Below are positions 25,301 to 35,331 of a stretch of 35,331 bases of DNA, one piece after another; the stretch's first letter is position 1, and every line of letters starts with the position of its first letter. Origin of the DNA: Proteromonas lacertae (taxonomy: Eukaryota); the NCBI GenBank assembly GCA_002245135.1, contig NGBS01001194.1, positions 62,001 to 97,331 of the forward strand. Reading direction: 5' to 3'. The position numbers and the translations under genes are program-made. The notes below the pieces were generated by a model that was not told where the DNA came from, ran no database searches, and saw only the letters and a list, made by a program, of their open reading frames with translations.

Positions 25301-28300
25301 TTATCATCTATTGGATAGGCTATTGTAAATTCACCTAAAACAGTAGCACATTTAGATGGTTCAGTTTTACAATCATTTAATTCTTCACTGTTTGTATCAA
25401 TTATACATTCAAAATCATTCTTTGGTATATATTTTGTTCCTGTTATTGTTCTTCCGTCATCATTCTTCGCAGTACTAGTTTCAGCAATATAATGAGTAAA
25501 ACTTTCTCCTTTCATCTTTATTATATCAGTTCCTTTGATATAGAATTTTGTATCAGAATCTTTTGCTAAACTAAATGTTAAGATTGCATCAACTGGCACT
25601 TCGGGTGGATTTACAGGTTTAGGAGTAGGTTTACATGTGTCTTGTTTTATATTTTTAGCTATTAATTCAGCAATTGTATTATCAGCTGTTTTGATTTCTA
25701 TGGCATTATATGTTCCATCAGATGGACTAACAAATGTAGCTTTATCATTTTTATCATCTATTGGATAGGCTATTGTAAATTCACCTAAAACAGTAGCACA
25801 TTTAGATGGTTCAGTTTTACAATCATTTAATTCTTCACTGTTTGTATCAATTATACATTCAAAATCATTCTTTGGTATATATTTTGTTCCTGTTATTGTT
25901 CTTCCGTCATCACTCTTCGCAGTACTAGTTTCAGCAATATAATGAGTAAAACTTTCTCCTTTCATCTTTATTATATCAGTTCCTTTGATATAGAATTTTG
26001 TATCAGAATCTTTTGCTAAACTAAATGTTAAGATTGCATCAACTGGCACTTCGGGTGGATTTACAGGTTTAGGAGTAGGTTTACATGTGTCTTGTTTATA
26101 TTTTTAGCTATTAATTCAGCAATTGTATTATCAGCTGTTTTGATTTCTATGGCATTATATGTTCCATCAGATGGACTAACAAATGTAGCTTTATCATTTT
26201 TATCATCTATTGGATAGGCTATTGTAAATTCACCTAAAACAGTAGCACATTTAGATGGTTCAGTTTTACAATCATTTAATTCTTCACTGTTTGTATCAAT
26301 TATACATTCAAAATCATTCTTTGGTATATATTTTGTTCCTGTTATTGTTCTTCCGTCATCACTCTTCGCAGTACTAGTTTCAGCAATATAATGAGTAAAA
26401 CTTTCTCCTTTCATCTTTATTATATCAGTTCCTTTGATATAGAATTTTGTATCAGAATCTTTTGCTAAACTAAATGTTAAGATTGCATCAACTGGCACTT
26501 CGGGTGGATTTACAGGTTTAGGAGTAGGTTTACATGTGTCTTGTTTTATATTTTTAGCTATTAATTCAGCAATTGTATTATCAGCTGTTTTGATTTCTAT
26601 GGCATTATATGTTCCATCAGATGGACTAACAAATGTAGCTTTATCATTTTTATCATCTATTGGATAGGCTATTGTAAATTCACCTAAAACAGTAGCACAT
26701 TTAGATGGTTCAGTTTTACAATCATTTAATTCTTCACTGTTTGTATCAATTATACATTCAAAATCATTCTTTGGTATATATTTTGTTCCTGTTATTGTTC
26801 TTCCGTCATCACTCTTCGCAGTACTAGTTTCAGCAATATAATGAGTAAAACTTTCTCTTTCATCTTTATTATATCAGTTCCTTTGATATAGAATTTTGTA
26901 TCAGAATCTTTTGCTAAACTAAATGTTAAGATTGCATCAACTGGCACTTCGGGTGGATTTACAGGTTTAGGAGTAGGTTTACATGTGTCTTGTTTTATAT
27001 TTTTAGCTATTAATTCAGCAATTGTATTATCAGCTGTTTTGATTTCTATGGCATTATATGTTCCATCAGATGGACTAACAAATGTAGCTTTATCATTTAT
27101 CATCTATATTGGGCTATTGTAAATTCACCTAAAACAGTAGCACATTTAGATGGTTCAGTTTTACAATCATTTAATTCTTCACTGTTTGTATCAATTATAC
27201 ATTCAAAATCATTCTTTGGTATATATTTGTTCCTGTTATTGTTCTTCCGTCATCACTCTTCGCAGTACTAGTTTCAGCAATATAATGAGTAAAACTTTCT
27301 CCTTTCATCTTTATTATATCAGTTCCTTTGATATAGAATTTTGTATCAGAATCTTTTGCTAAACTAAATGTTAAGATTGCATCAACTGGCACTTCGGGTG
27401 GATTTACAGGTTTAGGAGTAGGTTTACATGTGTCTTGTTTTATATTTTTAGCTATTAATTCAGCAATTGTATTATCAGCTGTTTTGATTTCTATGGCATT
27501 ATATGTTCCATCAGATGGACTAACAAATGTAGCTTTATCATTTTTATCATCTATTGGATAGGCTATTGTAAATTCACCTAAAACAGTAGCACATTTAGAT
27601 GGTTCAGTTTTACAATCATTTAATTCTTCACTGTTTGCATCAATTATACATTCAAAATCATTCTTTGGTATATATTTTGTTCCTGTTATTGTTCTTCCGT
27701 CATCACTCTTCGCAGTACTAGTTTCAGCAATATAATGAGTAAAACTTTCTCCTTTCATCTTTATTATATCAGTTCCTTTGATATAGAATTTTGTATCAGA
27801 ATCTTTTGCTAAACTAAATGTTAAGATTGCATCAACTGGCACTTCGGGTGGATTTACAGGTTTAGGAGTAGGTTTACATGTGTCTTGTTTTATATTTTTA
27901 GCTATTAATTCAGCAATTGTATTATCAGCTGTTTTGATTTCTATGGCATTATATGTTCCATCAGATGGACTAACAAATGTAGCTTTATCATTTTTATCAT
28001 CTATTGGATAGGCTATTGTAAATTCACCTAAAACAGTAGCACATTTAGATGGTTCAGTTTTACAATCATTTAATTCTTCACTGTTTGCATCAATATACAT
28101 TCAAAATCATTCTTTGGTATATATTTTGTTCCTGTTATTGTTCTTCCGTCATCACTCTTCGCAGTACTAGTTTCAGCAATATAATGAGTAAAACTTTCTC
28201 CTTTCATCTTTATTATATATCAGTTCCTTTGATATAGAATTTTGTATCAGAATCTTTTGCTAAACTAAATGTTAAGATTGCATCAACTGGCACTTCGGGT

Positions 28301-31300
28301 GGATTTACAGGTTTAGGAGTAGGTTTACATGTGTCTTGTTTTATATTTTTAGCTATTAATTCAGCAATTGTATTATCAGCTGTTTTGATTTCTATGGCAT
28401 TATATGTTCCATCAGATGGACTAACAAATGTAGCTTTATCATTTTTATCATCTATTGGATAGGCTATTGTAAATTCACCTAAAACAGTAGCACATTTAGA
28501 TGGTTCAGTTTTACAATCATTTAATTCTTCACTGTTTGCATCAATTATACATTCAAAATCATTCTTTGGTATATATTTTGTTCCTGTTATTGTTCTTCCG
28601 TCATCACTCTTCGCAGTACTAGTTTCAGCAATATAATGAGTAAAACTTTCTCCTTTCATCTTTATTATATCAGTTCCTTTGATATAGAATTTTGTATCAG
28701 AAATTTTGCTAAACTAAATGTTAAGATTGCATCAACTGGCACTTCGGGTGGATTTACAGGTTTAGGAGTAGGTTTACATGTGTCTTGTTTTATATTTTTA
28801 GCTATTAATTCAGCAATTGTATTATCAGCTGTTTTGATTTCTATGGCATTATGTTCCATCAGATGGACTAACAAATGTAGCTTTATCATTTTTATCATCT
28901 ATTGGATAGGCTATTGTAAATTCACCTAAAACAGTAGCACATTTAGATGGTTCAGTTTTACAATCATTTAATTCTTCACTGTTTGCATCAATTATACATT
29001 CAAAATCATTCTTTGGTATATATTTTGTTCCTGTTATTGTTCTTCCGTCATCACTCTTCGCAGTACTAGTTTCAGCAATATAATGAGTAAAACTTTCTCC
29101 TTTCATCTTTATTATATCAGTTCCTTTGATATAGAATTTTGTATCAGAATCTTTTGCTAAACTAAATGTTAAGATTGCATCAACTGGCACTTCGGGTGGA
29201 TTTACAGGTTTAGGAGTAGGTTTACATGTGTCTTGTTTTATATTTTTAGCTATTAATTCAGCAATTGTATTATCAGCTGTTTTGATTTCTATGGCATTAT
29301 ATGTTCCATCAGATGGACTAACAAATGTAGCTTTATCATTTTTATCATCTATTGGATAGGCTATTGTAAATTCACCTAAAACAGTAGCACATTTAGATGG
29401 TTCAGTTTTACAATCATTTAATTCTTCACTGTTTGCATCAATTATACATTCAAAATCATTCTTTGGTATATTTTGTTCCTGTTATTGTTCTTCCGTCATC
29501 ACTCTTCGCAGTAGTAGTTTCAGCAATATAATGAGTAAAACTTTCTCCTTTCATCTTTATTATATCAGTTCCTTTGATATAGAATTTTGTATCAGAATCT
29601 TTTGCTAAACTAAATGTTAAGATTGCATCAACTGGCACTTCGGGTGGATTTACAGGTTTAGGAGTAGGTTTACATGTGTCTTGTTTTATATTTTTAGCTA
29701 TTAATTCAGCAATTGTATTATCAGCTGTTTTGATTTCTATGGCATTATATGTTCCATCAGATGGACTAACAAATGTAGCTTTATCATTTTTATCATCTAT
29801 TGGATAGGCTATTGTAAATTCACCTAAAACAGTAGCACATTTAGATGGTTCAGTTTTACAATCATTTAATTCTTCACTGTTTGCATCAATTATACATTCA
29901 AAATCATTCTTTGGTATATATTTTGTTCCTGTTATTTGTTCTTCCGTCATCACTCTTCGCAGTACTAGTTTCAGCAATATAATGAGTAAAACTTTCTCCT
30001 TTCATCTTTATTATATCAGTTCCTTTGATATAGAATTTTGTATCAGAATTTTGCTAAACTAAATGTTAAGATTGCATCAACTGGCACTTCGGGTGGATTT
30101 ACAGGTTTAGGAGTAGGTTTACATGTGTCTTTGTTTTATATTTTTAGCTATTAATTCAGCAATTGTATTATCAGCTGTTTTGATTTCTATGGCATTATAT
30201 GTTCCATCAGATGGACTAACAAATGTAGCTTTATCATTTTTATCATCTATTGGATAGGCTATTGTAAATTCACCTAAAACAGTAGCACATTTAGATGGTT
30301 CAGTTTTACAATCATTTAATTCTTCACTGTTTGCATCAATTATACATTCAAAATCATTCTTTGGTATATATTTTGTTCCTGTTATTGTTCTTCCCGTCAT
30401 CACTCTTCGCAGTACTAGTTTCAGCAATATAATGAGTAAAACTTTCCCTTTCATCTTTATTATATCAGTTCCTTTGATATAGAATTTTGTATCAGAATCT
30501 TTTGCTAAACTAAATGTTAAGATTGCATCAACTGGCACTTCGGGGTGGATTTACAGGTTTAGGAGTAGGTTTACATGTGTCTTGTTTTATATTTTTAGCT
30601 ATTAATTCAGCAATTGTATTATCAGCTGTTTTGATTTCTATGGCATTATATGTTCCATCAGATGGACTAACAAATGTAGCTTTATCATTTTTATCATCTA
30701 TTGGATAGGCTATTGTAAATTCACCTAAAACAGTAGCACATTTAGATGGTTCAGTTTTACAATCATTTAATTCTTCACTGTTTGCATCAATTATACATTC
30801 AAAATCATTCTTTGGTATATATTTTGTTCCTGTTATTGTTCTTCCGTCATCATCTTCGCAGTACTAGTTTCAGCAATATAATGAGTAAAACTTTCTCCTT
30901 TCATCTTTATTATATCAGTTCCTTTGATATAGAATTTGTATCAGAATCTTTTGCTAAACTAAATGTTAAGATTGCATCAACTGGCACTTCGGGTGGATTT
31001 ACAGGTTTAGGAGTAGGTTTACATGTGTCTTGTTTTATATTTTTAGCTATTAATTCAGCAATTGTATTATCAGCTGTTTTGATTTCTATGGCATTATATG
31101 TTCCATGATGGACTAACAAATGTAGCTTTATCATTTTTATCATCTATTGGATAGGCTATTGTAAATTCACCTAAACAGTAGCACATTTAGATGGTTCAGT
31201 TTTACAATCATTTAATTCTTCACTGTTTGCATCAATTATACATTCAATCATTCTTTGGTATATATTTTGTTCCTGTTATTGTTCTTCCGTCATCACTCTT

Positions 31301-34300
31301 CGCAGTACTAGTTTCAGCAATATAATGAGTAAAACTTTCTCCTTTCATCTTTATTATATCAGTTCCTTTTGATATAGAATTTTGTATCAGAATCTTTTGC
31401 TAAACTAAATGTTAAGATTGCATCAACTGGCACTTCGGGTGGATTTACAGGTTTAGGAGTAGGTTTACATGTGTCTTGTTTTATATTTTTAGCTATTAAT
31501 TCAGCAATTGTATTATCAGCTGTTTTGATTTCTATGGCATTATATGTGTTCCATCAGATGGACTAACAAATGTAGCTTTATCATTTTTATCATCTATTGG
31601 ATAGGCTATTGTAAATTCACCTAAAACAGTAGCACATTTAGATGGTTCAGTTTTACAATCATTTAATTCTTCACTGTTTGTATCAATTATACATTCAAAA
31701 TCATTCTTTGGTATATATTTTGTTCCTGTTATTGTTCTTCCGTCATCACTCTTCGCAGTACTAGTTTCAGCAATATAATGAGTAAAACTTTCTCCTTTCA
31801 TCTTTATTATATCAGTTCCTTTTGATATAGAATTTTGTATCAGAATCTTTTGCTAAACTAAATGTTAAGATTGCATCAACTGGCACTTCGGGTGGATTTA
31901 CAGGTTTAGGAGTAGGTTTACATGTGTCTTGTTTTATATTTTTAGCTATTAATTCAGCAAATTATCAGCTGTTTTGATTTCTATGGCATTATATGTTCCA
32001 TCAGATGGACTAACAAATGTAGCTTTATCATTTTTATCATCTATTGGATAGGCTATTGTAAATTCACCTAAAACAGTAGCACATTTAGATGGTTCAGTTT
32101 TACAATCATTTAATTCTTCACTGTTTGTATCAATATATACATTCAAAATCATTCTTTGGTATATATTTTGTTCCTGTTATTGTTCTTCCGTCATCACTCT
32201 TCGCAGTACTAGTTTCAGCAATATAATGAGTAAAACTTTCTCCTTTCATCTTTATTATATCAGTTCCTTTGATATAGAATTTTGTATCAGAATCTTTTGC
32301 TAAACTAAATGTTAAGATTGCATCAACTGGCACTTCGGGTGGATTTACAGGTTTAGGAGTAGGTTTACATGTGTCTTGTTTTATATTTTTAGCTATTAAT
32401 TCAGCAATTGTATTATCAGCTGTTTTGATTTCTATGGCATTATATGTTCCATCAGATGGACTAACAAATGTAGCTTTATCATTTTTATCATCTATTGATA
32501 GGCTATTGTAAATTCACCTAAACAGTAGCACATTTAGATGGTTCAGTTTTACAATCATTTAATTCTTCACTGTTTGCATCAATTATACATTCAAAATCAT
32601 TCTTTGGTATATATTTTGTTCCTGTTATTGTTCTTCCCGTCATCATTCTTCGCAGTACTAGTTTCAGCAATATAATGAGTAAAACTTTCTCCTTTCATCT
32701 TTATTATATCAGTTCCTTTGATATAGAATTTTGTATCAGAATCTTTTGCTAAACTAAATGTTAAGATTGCATCAACTGGCACTTCGGGTGATTTACAGGT
32801 TTAGGAGTAGGTTTACATGTGTCTTGTTTTATATTTTTAGCTATTAATTCAGCAATTGTATTATCAGCTGTTTTGATTTCTATGGCATTATATGTTCCAT
32901 CAGATGGACTAACAAATGTAGCTTTATCATTTTTATCATCTATTGGATAGGCTATTGTAAATTCACCTAAAACAGTAGCACATTTAGATGGTTCAGTTTT
33001 ACAATCATTTAATTCTTCACTGTTTGCATCAATTATACATTCAAAATCATTCTTTGGTATATATTTTGTTCCTGTTATTGTTCTTCCGTCATCACTCTTC
33101 GCAGTACTAGTTTCAGCAATATAATGAGTAAAACTTTCTCCTTCATCTTTATTATATCAGTTCCTTTGATATAGAATTTTGTATCAGAATCTTTTGCTAA
33201 ACTAAATGTTAAGATTGCATCAACTGGCACTTCGGGTGGATTTACAGGTTTAGGAGTAGGTTTACATGTGTCTTGTTTTATATTTTTAGCTATTAATTCA
33301 GCAATTGTATTATCAGCTGTTTTGATTTCTATGGCATTATATGTTCCATCAGATGGACTAACAAATGTAGCTTTATCATTTTTATCATCTATTGGATAGG
33401 CTATTGTAAATTCACCTAAAACAGTAGCACATTTAGATGGTTCAGTTTTACAATCATTTAATTCTTCACTGTTTGCATCAATTATACATTCAAAATCATT
33501 CTTTGGTATATATTTTGTTCCTGTTATTGTTCTTCTTCGTCATCACTCTTCGCAGTACTAGTTTCAGCAATATAATGAGTAAAACTTTCTCCTTTCATCT
33601 TTATTATATCAGTTCCTTTGATATAGAATTTTGTATCAGAATCTTTTGCTAAACTAAATGTTAAGATTGCATCAACTGGCACCTTCGGGTGGATTTACAG
33701 GTTTAGGAGTAGGTTTACATGTGTCTTGTTTTATATTTTTAGCTATTAATTCAGCAATTGTATTATCAGCTGTTTTTGATTTCTATGGCATTATATGTTC
33801 CATCAGATGGACTAACAAATGTAGCTTTATCATTTTTATCATCTATTGGATAGGCTATTGTAAATTCACCTAAAACAGTAGCACATTTAGATGGTTCAGT
33901 TTTACAATCATTTAATTCTTCACTGTTTGTATCAATTATACATTCAAAATCATTCTTTGGTATATATTTTGTTCCTGTTATTGTTCTTTCCGTCATCACT
34001 CTTCGCAGTACTAGTTTCAGCAATATAATGAGTAAAACTTTCTCCTTTCATCTTTATTATATCAGTTCCTTTGATATAGAATTTTGTATCAGAATCTTTT
34101 GCTAAACTAAATGTTAAGATTGCATCAACTGGCACTTCGGGTGGATTTACAGGTTTAGGAGTAGGTTTACATGTGTCTTGTTTTATATTTTTAGCTATTA
34201 ATTCAGCAATTGTATTATCAGCTGTTTTGATTTCTATGGCATTATATGTTCCATCAGATGGACTAACAAATGTAGCTTTATCATTTTTATCATCTATTGG

Positions 34301-35331
34301 ATAGGCTATTGTAAATTCACTAAAACAGTAGCACATTTAGATGGTTCAGTTTTACAATCATTTAATTCTTCACTGTTTGCATCAATTATACATTCAAAAT
34401 CATTCTTTGGTATATATTTTGTTCCTGTTATTGTTCTTCCGTCATCACTCTTCGCAGTACTAGTTTCAGCAAATATAATGAGTAAAACTTTCTCCTTTCA
34501 TCTTTATTATATCAGTTCCTTTGATATAGAATTTTGTATCAGAATCTTTTGCTAAACTAAATGTTAAGATTGCATCAACTGGCACTTCGGGTGGATTTAC
34601 AGTTTAGGAGTAGGTTTACATGTGTCTTGTTTTATATTTTTAGCTATTAATTCAGCAATTGTATTATCAGCTGTTTTGATTTCTATGGCATTATATGTTC
34701 CATCAGATGGACTAACAAATGTAGCTTTATCATTTTTATCATCTATTGGATAGGCTATTGTAAATTCACCTAAAACAGTAGCACATTTAGATGGTTCAGT
34801 TTTACAATCATTTAATTCTTCACTGTTTGCATCAATTATACATTCAAAATCATTCTTGGTATATATTTTGTTCCTGTATTGTTGCTTCTTCCGTCATCAC
34901 TCTTCGCAGTACTAGTTTCAGCAATATAATGAGTAAAACTTTCTCCTTTCATCTTTATTATATCAGTTCCTTTGATATAGAATTTTGTATCAGAATCTTT
35001 TGCTAAACTAAATGTTAAGATTGCATCAACTGGCACTTCGGGTGGATTTACAGGTTTAGGAGTAGGTTTACATGTGTCTTGTTTTATATTTTTAGCTATT
35101 AATTCAGCAATTGTATTATCAGCTGTTTTGATTTCTATGGCATTATATGTTCCATCAGATGGACTAACAAATGTAGCTTTATCATTTTTATCATCTATTG
35201 GATAGGCTATTGTAAATTCACCTAAAACAGTAGCACATTTAGATGGTTCAGTTTTACAATCATTTAATTCTTCACTGTTTGCATCAATTATACATTCAAA
35301 ATCATTCTTTGGTATATATTTTGTTCCTGTT
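1373..35331 (-). CDS. Giant repetitive type-I-like membrane/surface protein, 5'-truncated, >=~11,300 aa if the indels are errors: (150-aa repeat)x>=70, linker, Ig-like domain, unique ectodomain, TM, PH
   Basis: The 749-aa ORF is open upstream of its Met at 3622 and reads directly into the repeat (...YPIDDKNDKATFVS|GSGSDYDAIIMKTSDSD...) up to a 1-nt deletion near 3800. All minus-strand ORFs from 3778 to 35036 encode the same 150-aa unit, broken only by scattered small indels. The stop is TAA at 1373-1375. Confidence 0.85.
1530..1888 (-). other. Cytosolic pleckstrin-homology (PH) domain
   Basis: Hallmarks appear in order: MEGYLLKEG (beta1), KYQRRYCVL (beta2), FRIYDS (beta3), SIPLS, FTLI, RKIHLKVES, and a C-terminal helix with the invariant Trp (ICKKWVECF). 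Confidence 0.85.
2030..2101 (-). other. Single transmembrane helix
   Basis: WWVILIICVVGVLLIGIIIAIIVI is 24 uncharged residues, preceded by an aromatic belt (W..YWW) and followed by Lys/Ser-rich STSKSSSKSSK, consistent with a cytosolic C-terminus. Confidence 0.93.
3180..3469 (-). other. Ig/cadherin-like beta-sandwich domain (He_PIG/putative-Ig-like)
   Basis: ISINSVSGIITI...CRIRCTNGNNNAETKITIAVID resembles the lsid..tG.I.......i.atN..g.....itI.V pattern of He_PIG/cadherin-like domains. This is recognised by eye only. Confidence 0.55.
3470..3559 (-). other. Ser/Thr-rich linker (possible O-glycosylated spacer)
   Basis: SNGSNDTTTTYYESTTAIDSSTTIVPNVIP is low complexity and contains the N-x-S/T sequons NGS and NDT. 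Confidence 0.6.
3560..3652 (-). repeat. Diverged C-terminal end of the last repeat domain
   Basis: GSGSDYDAIIMKTSDSDAITIMKKCIHRDSC aligns without gaps to the array's PSDGTYNAIEIKTADNTIAELIAKNIKQDTC, with 11/31 identities including the final D-x-C. Confidence 0.85.
3653..35331 (-). repeat. Coding tandem array, 450-bp unit, ~70.4 copies in the window, continuing past the right edge
   Basis: Sequence lines recur at 900-bp (2x450) offsets, e.g. 7021/7921/8821 and 13321/14221/15121. The unit is VDAILTFSLAKDSDTKFYIKGTDIIKMKGESFTHYIAETSTAK(S/N)DDGRTITGTKYIPKNDFECIID(T/A)NSEELNDCKTEPSKCATVLGEFTIAYPIDDKNDKATFVSPSDGTYNAIEIKTADNTIAELIAKNIKQDTC plus the linker KPTPKPVNPPEVP. Confidence 0.99.

Noticed and set aside
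2292..35006. Plus-strand ORFs (MVQFYNH..., MLRLHQL..., MSKTFSF..., 2292-2531, 2913-3101)
   Set aside because: They are short antisense shadows of the minus-strand CDS, and in the array they appear only where indels happen to join frames.
3778..35036. Dozens of separate genes as listed in the ORF track
   Set aside because: All are fragments of the same repeat delimited by sporadic indels, and their starts are internal Met or alternative codons.
3653..35331. CRISPR array or non-coding satellite DNA
   Set aside because: There are no unique spacers and no cas genes. The unit is exactly 150 codons, stop-free on the minus strand and fused in frame to a TM-PH C-terminus.
3790..35331. Programmed frameshifting or phase variation in the array
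   Set aside because: The indels fall at many different unit positions in both directions with no conserved slippery site, which fits sequencing error better.

Overview
This is an AT-rich eukaryotic (protist-like) window with two tandem minus-strand genes. (1) About 96% of the window (1373 to >35331) is most simply one giant single-pass surface protein of at least ~11,300 aa, whose N-terminus lies beyond the window. It has at least 70 near-identical 450-bp/150-aa Cys-containing repeats, followed by a diverged terminal repeat, a Ser/Thr linker, an Ig/cadherin-like domain, a unique ectodomain, one TM helix and a cytosolic PH domain. The many frameshifts in the array look like long-read consensus errors. 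The repeats differ recurrently at only two non-synonymous sites, and their order reveals a hidden higher-order period of ~29 units (~13 kb). (2) A gene missed by the ORF track (1115 to <1) has two tiny GT-AG introns (28 and 30 nt) and encodes a protein with a possible catalytically dead PARP/ART-like domain. Tiny introns with the standard code suggest a Blastocystis-like or other compact protist genome, which is an inference only.
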